DNA from: an uncultured Nitrospiraceae bacterium
Lineage (GTDB): Bacteria > Hydrogenedentota > Hydrogenedentia > Hydrogenedentales > SLHB01
Reading direction: 5' to 3'
Length of the DNA stretch: 64,000 bases
Assembly: GCA_964402555.1 (NCBI GenBank)
Contig: CAYOCT010000001.1
Span: 204,049-268,048 of the forward strand
In this document: piece after piece, positions 20,709 to 29,728 of the stretch
Layout of the letters: each line of letters begins with the position of its first letter
Numbering within the stretch: position 1 is the first letter of the stretch
The notes under the pieces: generated by a model
The model's database searches: none
What the model saw: only the letters and a program-made list of their open reading frames with translations
Told to the model about the DNA's origin: nothing
Made by a program: the position numbers and the translations under genes

Positions 20709-20773
20709 CCGAAGACTTGCCGGTTATCATAATCCGAACCCACTGTCCAGTGTTCCGTGTCGGAAAACTGATG
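20709..20773 (+). repeat. Conserved two-hairpin structured element, copy 1 (5' part diverged)
   Basis: GAAGACTTGCCGG...GTAATCCGAACCCACTGTCC followed by hairpin CAGTGTTCCG-TGT-CGGAAAACTG and then GATG. Confidence 0.55.
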
Positions 20774-21169
20774 TTTGACTTGGCCAGAGGGAAGAAGCAG
20801 AACGAAGGTCGCCTCTTTTACCCGCATTCATTCCTTCGCAAGTTCGCAATCATCGAGGCTTGGGCATGCGTCAAGCCGCGAGCTTGCACCACGTCTTTCG
20901 AGTGTCATTCCAAGGCGAGACCCGGTTCTCTGTCGGACGGATGCACCGATGCACGATACATATCCGCGTTCTGTAAATGAGTCACGGTGTTCATCGGCGG
21001 CGTGTTTTTTTCCTGCTTCCAGCCGCCAGTTGCCTTTCTTATGAAGCCAGCCTTAAGGGCTTTGGCCGGCCCTTTGTGCCCTGTTACGTTCGTCTTTCAT
21101 TTTCCTCATTTTCTACCTCCGGTGATTTGTTCCAGCAGGGGTGTGAACAAATCACGGAGGTAAACGAAA

Positions 21170-21451
21170 ATGAAAAGTCAATTAGTGAACGTACAGGGTA
21201 AAGGGCCTATAGCCAAAGCTAAGGCTGGCAAGTTTCAAGTCAGCATCTGGCACTGGAAGAAAATCATACCGCCGCCCGATGAAATGAAAGACCTTTTCGC
21301 AGAACGCGAATTCGATATATATCGTGCGTGCATCCGGTTCAGTCAGTGGAACCGGGTGACTCGCTCATGGAATGAACAATCAATTTGGTGCAGCATCGAC
21401 GACTTGCGCAGCCTTGTTCAAACCATCGATGAACTTAACGCGCAGGAATGA
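21170..21451 (+). CDS. Small hypothetical protein, 93 aa
   Basis: Strong RBS GGAGGTAAACGAAAATG. Distant resemblance to the 27461..27736 product. Confidence 0.5.
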   Translation: MKSQLVNVQGKGPIAKAKAGKFQVSIWHWKKIIPPPDEMKDLFAEREFDIYRACIRFSQWNRVTRSWNEQSIWCSIDDLRSLVQTIDELNAQE

Positions 21452-21516
21452 ACGCGGGAGGGCAACCTTCCGCTTCTTCCTCTCTGGCTTTTTTGTGGTC
21501 TATGCGACACGGGAGC

Positions 21517-21596
21517 GGGTGTCGGATTACCCGAAGACTTGCCGGTCCTCGTAATCCGAACCCACTGTCCGGTTTTCCGTGCCGGAAAACCGATGA
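21517..21596 (+). repeat. Conserved two-hairpin structured element, copy 2
   Basis: GGGTGTCGGATTACCCGAAGACTTGCCGGTCCTCGTAATCCGAACCCACTGTCC, then a perfect 10-bp hairpin CGGTTTTCCG-TGC-CGGAAAACCG, then GATG. Confidence 0.6.
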
Positions 21597-21849
21597 GGGC
21601 GCCTATAGGGTCTGGCGACCTTGTGATAATCGCGCAGGGAATACCAACCCCTGCCTACCGCGGAAATCGCGATTTCCACCCCGGCGCGGAATCCGCTCTT
21701 CCCGCGCTCGGTCTCGCGCAACAGGGCCGATGTATGGGGCAAGGCGGCGCAGAGATATCGCAGAGATATCGTAGATTCTTCTTGGGCTAGATTGTCCTGT
21801 TCTCAACCTACAGGCTTCACCTCAACGATTTTCATTCCCCGTCATGAGA

Positions 21850-22221
21850 ATGAAAATCGTTCAACGAGGTGAAACCATGAGAACAGAACTAAACCCAAGA
21901 AGAATCCGCGTTCAGGTTGAACGCGCCGCAGCACAGAAAGACATCGACCCAGAAGAACTCTGGCTCGACCAAGATATCGCGCCGGAAGAGCTTATACGGC
22001 TAGACCCGCTCGACATCACCTATGAGATTGTCGCGCAGGCAGAAAAGCCTGAGAGTACAGACCCGCTCTTTCTGGGAATTTCCGGCAGGGAGTTAAGTCT
22101 CAGGCAGGAAGAGCAGGAACTCAAGCAGATGAGGCATGAGCTTCAGGCTTCCCATGGCCAGTCCGAAGAGACCGCGCTCATGAACTGGTTTACTCGTGTG
22201 CGGAAAGCAGGCTCATCATGA
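21850..22221 (+). CDS. Small acidic hypothetical protein (paralog A, MKIVQRGE...)
   Basis: Paralogous to 23371..23706. The ATG lies inside the right arm of a 20-bp inverted repeat. Confidence 0.55.
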   Translation: MKIVQRGETMRTELNPRRIRVQVERAAAQKDIDPEELWLDQDIAPEELIRLDPLDITYEIVAQAEKPESTDPLFLGISGRELSLRQEEQELKQMRHELQASHGQSEETALMNWFTRVRKAGSS

Positions 22222-22234
22222 GCCTGCTTTCTTA
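22205..22234 (+). terminator. Rho-independent terminator-like hairpin overlapping the paralog A stop
   Basis: GCAGGCTCAT-CATGAGCCTGC palindrome followed by TTTCTT. Confidence 0.5.
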
Positions 22235-22240
22235 CATCGC

Positions 22241-22309
22241 AGAGCGGGCGTGAGATTCTGTGGGAATCTCAGCCCACTGTCCGGTTCTCTTGACAGAGAA
22301 CCGATGCAA
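22241..22309 (+). repeat. Conserved two-hairpin structured element, copy 3
   Basis: AGCGGGCGT, then hairpin GAGATTC-TGTGGG-GAATCTC, then GCCCACTGTCC, then hairpin CGGTTCTC-TTGACA-GAGAACCG, then GATG. Confidence 0.6.
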
Positions 22310-22391
22310 TTCACCGACTTGCGTGCGGTTCCTTGTGGCGCCGCGATTCTCTGTCCTTTCAAATGAACAGAGAATCGCGGAGGTGTTGCAA

Positions 22392-22877
22392 ATGAGTCTC
22401 GTCAAGTTAGAAGAACTTCATTGGGGCAGTCTATCGCTCAAAGTTCTGCGTTCTGGGGTCGATGGCAGTCTTTTCGTTGCTCTGGACCCTATTGGAAAAG
22501 GGGAAAGCATTCGTGGCCCTTTCCTTTCAGAGCAAGACCTCAGCCGGGTAGTGTCTTTGGTAAGGCGCCACGGAAACTCTTCGCCTGAACCCGAGTTTCC
22601 GCTGGAGAGAGTGCCGCACTCCTCTCCGTCCTGTGATGCGCGCGCAGCAGAGACCGAAATCAAAGAGGCCGTCCGAAGAGCACAAGACCCGAGTGTGTCC
22701 ACGAAAGGCATAATCACGGTGCTTCCAACCATGCCTCCGTGGAGGTATCGTCACACATGCCCTGTCTGCGGGTGCCACGTCCAATCGCGGCTTTGTCTCG
22801 GAAGCACAGAGTTGAAGCTCTGCGCAGGATGCGAGCATGTCGAAAGCGTGTGTGTCAACGCGACTCGTGAGGGATGA
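22392..22877 (+). CDS. Hypothetical protein with C-terminal CxxC...CxxC zinc finger
   Basis: RBS GGAGG before the ATG at 22392. C-terminus HTCPVCGCHVQSRLCLGSTELKLCAGCEH. Confidence 0.5.
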   Translation: MSLVKLEELHWGSLSLKVLRSGVDGSLFVALDPIGKGESIRGPFLSEQDLSRVVSLVRRHGNSSPEPEFPLERVPHSSPSCDARAAETEIKEAVRRAQDPSVSTKGIITVLPTMPPWRYRHTCPVCGCHVQSRLCLGSTELKLCAGCEHVESVCVNATREG

Positions 22878-23077
22878 ACATGCCGCTCAAGACCGAGTGT
22901 GATTCAAATGGGAGGACGCGTCTCCGTTGGACCTGTCCGCTGTGCATTTACGAACTCAGGTTCCATGCGCACGATGCAGGCGAAGTGGCTTTCTTTGTCG
23001 TGCGGCACCTCTCTGGCGTGCATGCGTTGGCGCATTCAGATATGCGGTTGTTGGAACCGGAACTGGGTCTTGACTGA
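22874..23077 (+). CDS. Small Cys-containing hypothetical protein, 67 aa
   Basis: 4-bp overlap with the upstream gene. Contains CPLC. Confidence 0.35.
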   Translation: MNMPLKTECDSNGRTRLRWTCPLCIYELRFHAHDAGEVAFFVVRHLSGVHALAHSDMRLLEPELGLD

Positions 23078-23370
23078 CGCGCCCAATTGGCGTTGTGCTT
23101 GGCTGACGGGGTACGGCAAGCCGACCCGAAATGAATTTCAGGCCCGTGTGTTCAGCTTGTGTTGTTGAGTGTCGTTCTTCAGGGAACCTGTTTTGCGGCG
23201 TTATACCACGGAACGCGAACCTCTATTGGTTCTGTTCCTCTTCAGTGTTGTTCACCTCAACGATTTTCAAGGCGTTCGCGGGAAAACCGGCTTCATTGTG
23301 ATTTCCCCTTTGAGGACCGGTCAGGTATTCCCTGAAATCACATGACCGGATTTCCCCGCGCCACCTCACC

Positions 23371-23706
23371 ATGAAAATCGTTCAACGAGGTGAACAAACA
23401 ATGCAAACAGAACCGAACCATGAATTCAGCCGCGTTCAGGAAGGACGCGCCGCGAATACCAGACTAGACACCGAAGAGCTTTGGCTCAATTCGGATATGG
23501 TGCCCGAGAAATACATCGAATTGGCCGAACACCCGGAGCTTGCCGACCCCGTGCTTGCCGGCCTTCCTTCACGCGAAATGAGCTTGCAGGAAGAGTCGCT
23601 GTTCTTGGAGCAAGTGAAGGCCGAGCTTCGCGCCAAGCACAATGCAAATCCAATTCAGCCTGCCGACCGACGGGGCGGCGCGTTTTCAGAAGAAGGCTCT
23701 AATTGA
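23371..23706 (+). CDS. Small acidic hypothetical protein (paralog B, MKIVQRGE...)
   Basis: Paralogous to 21850..22221. The ATG lies inside the right arm of an inverted repeat (left arm 23250-23269). Confidence 0.55.
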   Translation: MKIVQRGEQTMQTEPNHEFSRVQEGRAANTRLDTEELWLNSDMVPEKYIELAEHPELADPVLAGLPSREMSLQEESLFLEQVKAELRAKHNANPIQPADRRGGAFSEEGSN

Positions 23707-23720
23707 GCCTTCTTTCTTTT
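23692..23720 (+). terminator. Rho-independent terminator-like hairpin after paralog B
   Basis: GAAGGCTC-TAATT-GAGCCTTC followed by TTTCTTTT. Confidence 0.5.
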
Positions 23721-23727
23721 GGACCCA

Positions 23728-23812
23728 GAAGCGGGTGTCGGATTGCCCGAAGACTTGCCGGTCTTCGTAATCCAAACCCACTGTCCGGTTCTCTTGACAG
23801 AGAACCGATGGT
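23728..23812 (+). repeat. Conserved two-hairpin structured element, copy 4
   Basis: GAAGCGGGTGTCGGATTGCCCGAAGAC-TTGCCG-GTCTTCGTAATCCAAACCCACTGTCC, then CGGTTCTC-TTGACA-GAGAACCG, then GATG. Confidence 0.6.
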
Positions 23813-23918
23813 GGGGTTGTCAGTCTCTTCTTGAGCGAACCGCCTTCAGCCAACAGCGGGCGCCAGGGGTTCCGGGAATCTTCCAAGGATTGGGAAGATT
23901 CCCGGAGGTGTTTACAAG

Positions 23919-24224
23919 ATGGTTTGTGGAGATTCGTGTGCGGACGGCGAATTAGATGACCTTCTACATCAGCTTCCGGAGCCGAAGCAAGCTGACTATG
24001 GATTGTGTCCTCATTGCGACAGCACAAAAGGGCGATGGTGGGGATTTAGCGTCCGAAAGGACGGGACATTCATACGCCGTCGAATGTGTCGTTGGTGCAA
24101 GAGAACCTATACGGGGGCATGGTATCGTAACGTCCACAGAAGTGTTAACCTGAATGAAGCAAAGAGAATCATGCGCTCTAAGAAAGACTTCACGGCTTTC
24201 GAGGACGACCTTGTATTCCAATGA
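23919..24224 (+). CDS. Small Zn-ribbon protein, 101 aa
   Basis: RBS GGAGG. CPHC...CRWC cysteine pairs. Confidence 0.5.
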   Translation: MVCGDSCADGELDDLLHQLPEPKQADYGLCPHCDSTKGRWWGFSVRKDGTFIRRRMCRWCKRTYTGAWYRNVHRSVNLNEAKRIMRSKKDFTAFEDDLVFQ

Positions 24225-24493
24225 ACGCGCGCTTCTGCTCAGGCTGGCGGTGAGACATGAGCTTCCAGTCATCGCACAAAGACGACTATGGACTGTTTCG
24301 GACGGAATGGGGATTGTCGATGTGAGAGCATTAGGAGGCTTGCTGTCGGAACGGCGCGGAATAGCGACTCCGAATCTCCTTGCGATTCGGAGGTTCAATT
24401 GAGTCGCCGCTAAAGCGGCGACGCTCAGAGACTTCCTTACCTTCCCGGGCCGTTGCTCTTATGTCTTCATCGCAGGACACGAAACAGTCTTGG

Positions 24494-26593
24494 CTATATT
24501 TCTGCGGTTGACTTGAAAGACAGACGTGCAACCGCAAGACTAGGAAGTGACTTCCCCAAGGCTAAGACCTTTGGACTGTTTGTCACGACCCAAATATGCT
24601 CGTAGCCGGCCGCCAATGTCTTTTCGAGATTCTTACGCGCATCGCTCTTCCCGGTCTCGACAAGCACGGCCAGCATCCTGCCGTTCAAGGTCGCGTGCAC
24701 GTCCACGATCAGATCGTCGGCTACGCGAAATTCCTTGTGGACTTCCCATGCTTCAGACTCCAGTCTCTGGGCTGCCCGGTCTACCCAATATCTATGCTCG
24801 ATGCCGCCATGCGTGGGCTGGAGAAGCGGACCGAGACCATGGGATCGGCATAACGCCGTACCGGATGGTGTGAGGTCGAAGAGCTTCATGGTCGAAGTGC
24901 CGGTAAAGACCGTGACGGGAGCGAGCGCCCCTCTTTCTTCCAAAGCCCTGAGTGCAGCCGCGCCTTTTCGCCTGCTGGCCCGGAGCCGCTGCACTCGCTG
25001 GACCACTCCCTGGAACGGGTGTTGAAGGATGTCCTCTAACATCTCCACCTCGAGCGGAGTCAGTGCGGTAATGCCTATCTGCAGTTCTTTTCTATTAGGG
25101 GTGGTGGTCGGGGAAACATGTTCCGATCTCGTTGAGAATGTTTGAGTGGAGGGTGATCTCTCAGGGTTTATCTGGTTCTCTTCCGCGTGCGGAATCCCGC
25201 CCAATGGTCTGCCCTCCGTCCCGGCGGCATGGAATCGCGCGGTATCGGCGAAATAGGTCGTCTTTGCCATGTGTCGGCGGATATCTTCGTCTGTAACCTT
25301 CCCTTTGGCGATAGGCCGGTGCTTCAGCCTGATGTGAATAGGATCTGGCCACCGGGGGACGCGCACGATGGCCTCGCCCACCGGCAGCCTGCCCAACTCA
25401 TCCTTGGCCTCGTCTTTGAGGAGCATGGCCTGTGCGGTGCTGGATACGTCCCGCTGGTGCTTGGTATGGAAGGCCAAGGTCGTGGCTTGGTTTCCAAACA
25501 CAGCCACCGGAACGACGGATGCGTTTTGCGTGGCGAGGATCACCGATTCACCAAGTTCCCTGACTTCGCGCAAAGCTACATGTATGACGGGTTCACTGCC
25601 GTCTCCAACACCGGGCGGAGCACGCAGGAGGTGATGCGCTTCTTCAATCAGAATGGCGTGTTTCAAGGACTCCCTGTCCACATTGTTGTTCATGCGGTAC
25701 TGAATGATCCAGAGCAGAAGTACTTCTGAAATAAGGGTTTGTTCCGCTTGATTTAGCAGGTCCAGCTCCAGAACAACCGACTCTGTTAGGAGGTCCATGA
25801 GTGACGTGGAGTCTGCCTGGCAGAAAACCTCGGCCGCATTACCAGTGCTGATACTTTTGATCGCCCTCTGAGCGCTGTCCATCCACATGCCCTTTCGGCC
25901 TCTGGCCGGCTGCTCTTCAAGCAGTCGCGCCACGTCGCGGAACGTCGGCCACCTGTTCTCCGCAGCCGTCTTCCTGTATGCGTCGTCGAGTGCCGTGACG
26001 AGAAGACTCTCGCTTCCAGCCCCTTGGCAAAATGCGTGACTCAAAGCTCCTATGACCTTTTTGGCCCAGACCTCGGCGGACGTACCGGGCGGAGGCGTCA
26101 AGGGATTCATCTTGAACGGGGACGTTCGGCTGTCACCCACTGTGAACACGAGAACTCGCGACTTGTAGTCCTGCAGCAGACCGCGAAAGGTGCGCTTGAA
26201 ATCACAGAGCAGGAACGGAATAGAGGCTTTCATCAAGCCGTCGAGAATCAGGGCGATGCCGTTGGACTTGCCACAGCCACTTGAACCATAGATTCCGACG
26301 TGACGAATCAGCTCTTCGTCCCTCAATCCGAACAGAAAAGAATCCTTGCCGGCATATCGAATATGTCCCAGGTCGATATCGCCCAGAGCCCTTTCCGGCG
26401 GAGGCGGTGGAAACAATCCCACAGCCCCTCCGGAAGGAACGTCCCTCAGGGTCAGCGCGGCGTACGCCTCGAACATGCACTCTATGTCGCGCCTTTCTTT
26501 GGCGTCGCTAATCAGGTAGGAGCGCCAAAGACGATTCGTGCGTTCCTCTCCGATGACCGGCGCCAGCATTCTCAGAATGTCTCGCGCGGTCAT
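24494..26593 (-). CDS. FtsK/HerA-superfamily P-loop ATPase (DUF87-like) with C-terminal wHTH and nuclease-like region
   Basis: Walker A GIYGSSGCGKS. Walker B ILIEEAHHL (DEAH-type). ATGA overlap with the upstream gene. Confidence 0.7.
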   Translation of the reverse strand: MTARDILRMLAPVIGEERTNRLWRSYLISDAKERRDIECMFEAYAALTLRDVPSGGAVGLFPPPPPERALGDIDLGHIRYAGKDSFLFGLRDEELIRHVGIYGSSGCGKSNGIALILDGLMKASIPFLLCDFKRTFRGLLQDYKSRVLVFTVGDSRTSPFKMNPLTPPPGTSAEVWAKKVIGALSHAFCQGAGSESLLVTALDDAYRKTAAENRWPTFRDVARLLEEQPARGRKGMWMDSAQRAIKSISTGNAAEVFCQADSTSLMDLLTESVVLELDLLNQAEQTLISEVLLLWIIQYRMNNNVDRESLKHAILIEEAHHLLRAPPGVGDGSEPVIHVALREVRELGESVILATQNASVVPVAVFGNQATTLAFHTKHQRDVSSTAQAMLLKDEAKDELGRLPVGEAIVRVPRWPDPIHIRLKHRPIAKGKVTDEDIRRHMAKTTYFADTARFHAAGTEGRPLGGIPHAEENQINPERSPSTQTFSTRSEHVSPTTTPNRKELQIGITALTPLEVEMLEDILQHPFQGVVQRVQRLRASRRKGAAALRALEERGALAPVTVFTGTSTMKLFDLTPSGTALCRSHGLGPLLQPTHGGIEHRYWVDRAAQRLESEAWEVHKEFRVADDLIVDVHATLNGRMLAVLVETGKSDARKNLEKTLAAGYEHIWVVTNSPKVLALGKSLPSLAVARLSFKSTAEI

Positions 26594-27084
26594 TCTCCAA
26601 TCACCCGCTGCCTTCGTTTCTCCTCTTCCCGCTCACGCCATAGTTCCCTGCGTTCTTTGTTGAGATTCGCGGTGTCCTTCCAAGCAGAGCCCGTCTCCTT
26701 TCGTTTCTCCGCTTCCAACGTGGCAATGGCCTTCTCGATGCCAGTGCGCCGCTTGGGGTCCCCGATGGTGAACGTCGAAGACCCGTTCGGGGCGACCTGG
26801 TACAGCAACTCCTTTTGTTGGCAGAGTTCCTTGTCGATGGCATTCAGCATGCCGTCTCGTAGACTCTCTCGACCCTCGATCTCCTGAGTGATCTGTTCGA
26901 TGCTCGCCTCAACAATCCGAAGCTTACCGGCCAACAGCATCTCCAGCGGATCAAGGCGGCCATGGGGATCAAAGGAAAGGGCTATAGGGTCTTTGCGGTC
27001 CGAAGAGCTTGTCTTCAAGCCGCTTTCGTTCCCACCAGAGCACAACCTCTGGCAATGGGGCACGTAATAGGGCGTCAATTGCAT
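26590..27084 (-). CDS. Coiled-coil protein translationally coupled to the HerA-like ATPase (5' extent uncertain)
   Basis: Stop overlaps the HerA ATG (ATGA). C-terminus ERRELWREREEEKRRQRVIGE. The 5' part conflicts with ORF 26969..27292. Confidence 0.45.
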   Translation of the reverse strand: MQLTPYYVPHCQRLCSGGNESGLKTSSSDRKDPIALSFDPHGRLDPLEMLLAGKLRIVEASIEQITQEIEGRESLRDGMLNAIDKELCQQKELLYQVAPNGSSTFTIGDPKRRTGIEKAIATLEAEKRKETGSAWKDTANLNKERRELWREREEEKRRQRVIGE

Positions 27085-27460
27085 GATAAGCAGCGACCTC
27101 CGCCTTTCGGGCTGTCCAGCATGAGTATGAATGGGGCTCCGACCTCTGGCTTATGGCTCCTCCTTCGTAGGCAATGTATTTGAGCGTGAAGTACAGATCG
27201 TATTCCCCGCCTGTTGTGAACCTTGTTGTCGATTGAATGGAAATCACCTCGTTTGCCGTTTCGGGCTTCTTTACCACTGGGAAGTAGAGCAACTATTTAA
27301 GCTTTTCCCTTTGTCCGGAGAAATCGCGACAAGTTGAAGTCGCACGTTCGGATCATTTCTCCCCGTTGCTGGGCATCGGGAGAAATGAAACCGTCAAGCG
27401 AGCGCATGACAGCGAAAAGCTTAAGAAGGCGATCTCCCGAGACAAAAAAACAAGGAGGTA

Positions 27461-27736
27461 ATGAATATGGAAAAGAACAACAAACCAGAAAAGCACTTCA
27501 AATTCGGAGGCATCCGCGTCAGCGTGTGGTGCGACATGCGGAAAGGACCGGGCGGTCAGTCGTTTGAAAGCCGCTCCGTCACCATGGACCGTTCTTTCAA
27601 GGACGCCAGCGGCAATTGGCAGCATACCCAGTCCCTGAAAGAGAACGATATTCCGAAGGCAGTGGCAGCTCTCCAGAAGGCATTTGAGTTTATGACGCAG
27701 AAGAAAGGCGACGGGGAAGATGACGGCGGAGAATAA
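27461..27736 (+). CDS. Small hypothetical protein, 91 aa
   Basis: RBS AAGGAGGTAATGAATATG. Confidence 0.5.
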   Translation: MNMEKNNKPEKHFKFGGIRVSVWCDMRKGPGGQSFESRSVTMDRSFKDASGNWQHTQSLKENDIPKAVAALQKAFEFMTQKKGDGEDDGGE

Positions 27737-27752
27737 GCGCCACGCAGTGATC

Positions 27753-27783
27753 GCCGGGGCGCTGCCCCGGCACCCCCTTTTTC
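27753..27783 (+). terminator. Rho-independent terminator
   Basis: GCCGGGGC-GCT-GCCCCGGC stem followed by CCCCCTTTTTT. Confidence 0.55.
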
Positions 27784-27846
27784 TACTATCGAGTGGCGAC
27801 GAAAGCGAAAGCCTTATAAAGCCGGGGCCATTCTCATCGGTTCAAC

Positions 27847-28074
27847 ATGAATATCGAAAACGAAATCAAGAAGTTGCTGAAGGCCAAGAAGCGAGTGGAG
27901 CAAAAGCTCAAGGAACTGGACGCCAAAGTGGACCACCTCATATTCCTGCACAAGGAAAGCAGGCAGTGCCTCGCCCGCAAGTGTCCGCTTGAGGAATCCG
28001 AGGACGGGCTGACCGAGTTTTGGTACAGACCCGCTCCTGTGCGCCACGAGATCGCACGCAATGAGGAGAACTGA
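27847..28074 (+). CDS. Small coiled-coil hypothetical protein, 75 aa
   Basis: MNIENEIKKLLKAKKRVEQKLKELDAKVD... Confidence 0.4.
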   Translation: MNIENEIKKLLKAKKRVEQKLKELDAKVDHLIFLHKESRQCLARKCPLEESEDGLTEFWYRPAPVRHEIARNEEN

Positions 28075-28110
28075 GCCACAGATGCCCAATGATGCCCAAC
28101 GTAGACCACG

Positions 28111-28446
28111 CTAGTCGTTGCGCTGACCGAATCGGTCCAAGTTCTCCGCATTCGCGTCGATCAAGTTGCGGATAATCGCCGATTTGGAGGCCCGCCATTG
28201 TCCGTTCCGCCGTAGCTTGAGCACGGCGTTGTCCAACAACGAAAGGTGGCGTGGATAGAAGCCGACTGGAACGAACTTTGGACCTGGGTTGTTTGAAGCA
28301 TTACTCGTGCTCTTGTTCTTGGCATTGCCCGACATGCTTTTCTGGCGCGGCCCAGAGGCATTACCCACGTCGACAACATCATTGGTTTTTTGCTCCACAG
28401 GCTTGGCTGCCTCGGTGCTGAAAATGTCCAGATTCAGCTTTGGCAT
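28111..28446 (-). CDS. ParG-like (ribbon-helix-helix) partition protein candidate
   Basis: Immediately downstream of and overlapping parA. C-terminus KSAIIRNLIDANAENL. Confidence 0.45.
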   Translation of the reverse strand: MPKLNLDIFSTEAAKPVEQKTNDVVDVGNASGPRQKSMSGNAKNKSTSNASNNPGPKFVPVGFYPRHLSLLDNAVLKLRRNGQWRASKSAIIRNLIDANAENLDRFGQRND

Positions 28447-29225
28447 AGCGTCATCACCTCTCGCGCGAGCTCCATGTACTGCCTTGTGGCACGGGCTTCG
28501 AGAGCGTAAATCACGAGCGGCTTGCCATGACTGGGCGCCTCCTCCGCTTTCACATCACGGGAAATAACGGTGTCGAAGACGTGCACCTGTTTCAAGCTCT
28601 TCAGGCACTGGAGCGCTTCCACGTTGGCTTTTGAAAGAATGTAATACTTTGTTGCGAGAACACCAAGGACGGTCATGGTGGGATTGAGTTTGGACTGGAC
28701 CAGAGTCAGCACGTCGAGGACATAGCGTAGCCCTCTCAGGGCCAGGAATTGGGTCTCGCATGGGATCAAAACGCGGTCGGCTGCGGCGAGGCCGTTCAGT
28801 GCGAGGAGTCCCAGGCTCGGAGCGCAGTCGATAAGGATGTAGTCGAACGACGGCGCCACAGTGCGGAGATGCTCTCTCAGGACGAGTTCTCGATTGGTTC
28901 GTGAGGCCAGCTTAAACTCCGCTTCGGACAAGTTCAGGGCTGCTGGCGCGAGAATCAGATTGGGCACGACAGTGTCCATGAGAACATCGGATAAAGTGCA
29001 TGGGCTTGCGCTGTCAGGCGCAAGAACGCAGCGGATCGTTGGTTGGGCTTCATCCAGTTCCCTGCCCAATAGCGCCCGTGTGGCGTTCGCCTGAGGATCC
29101 ATATCGACGACAAGACAGCGCTTTCCGTAGCGATACGCCAAGCTCGCGGCTAGGTTGACGGCCGTAGTCGTCTTGCCGACGCCGCCTTTGTGATTGAAGA
29201 TTACGATGGTGTGGCATCCGGTCAT
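28434..29225 (-). CDS. parA: ParA/Soj-family partition ATPase
   Basis: Deviant Walker A NHKGGVGKTTTAVNLAASLA. Start chosen at MTGCHTIVIF. Confidence 0.85.
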   Translation of the reverse strand: MTGCHTIVIFNHKGGVGKTTTAVNLAASLAYRYGKRCLVVDMDPQANATRALLGRELDEAQPTIRCVLAPDSASPCTLSDVLMDTVVPNLILAPAALNLSEAEFKLASRTNRELVLREHLRTVAPSFDYILIDCAPSLGLLALNGLAAADRVLIPCETQFLALRGLRYVLDVLTLVQSKLNPTMTVLGVLATKYYILSKANVEALQCLKSLKQVHVFDTVISRDVKAEEAPSHGKPLVIYALEARATRQYMELAREVMTLCQS

Positions 29226-29728
29226 ATTGTCGTACGGCCGCGCTGTCGAACGACCGTTGATGGCCGAAAGATGCTTCAGCATATAAACGTTTCGCTTTTC
29301 AGAACATCGTGGCCCGAACACGCAGCGCGGAAGCGAAAACCTTATAAATGCTGCGTGCATGAAAACATCCATGACTGAACTCCCCGAACAATTCGTGCAG
29401 GAATACAGACGCACCGCTCGTCGGCTGGAGGTTCGACCCCAGCATCTTCTGCTGCTTCACAATGAAGGTTTGTACGTGTTGGAGCGGTGGCGGACCGAGC
29501 GCCATTTCGTGGACCACTTTCGGGGAATCAGAGACTGAACGGCACCGACGCGGCTTCAGGGTATCAAGGGACACGCACCTCAACTTCTCACCAAGGCTCT
29601 CGATAGATTTGCTGCAAATAGGTTTCGAGTGAGCCTTATCGGATTTCCATTTCCGCCGCTGAAACGAACTGCTATCGGCTGCCGCTTCTTGGGTAAGAGT
29701 CCCAACAATGAAAGGAGAGTTACTGTCA

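Noticed and set aside
20717-20980. ORFs 20717..20980, 21539..21790, 23719..23955 and minus-strand 20498..20827, 21527..21742, 23686..24027 that share peptides such as IRTHCPV and RTVGSDY
   Set aside because: The shared peptides are just translations of the conserved nucleotide motif. The motif varies by compensatory base changes that preserve hairpins, not codons, so these are not protein genes.
20690-23815. Integron attC sites (four repeated imperfect palindromes next to small cassette-like ORFs)
   Set aside because: The elements form two separate adjacent hairpins rather than the single R''-L''/L'-R' bulged stem of attC. No GTTRRRY core was seen and no intI gene is present.
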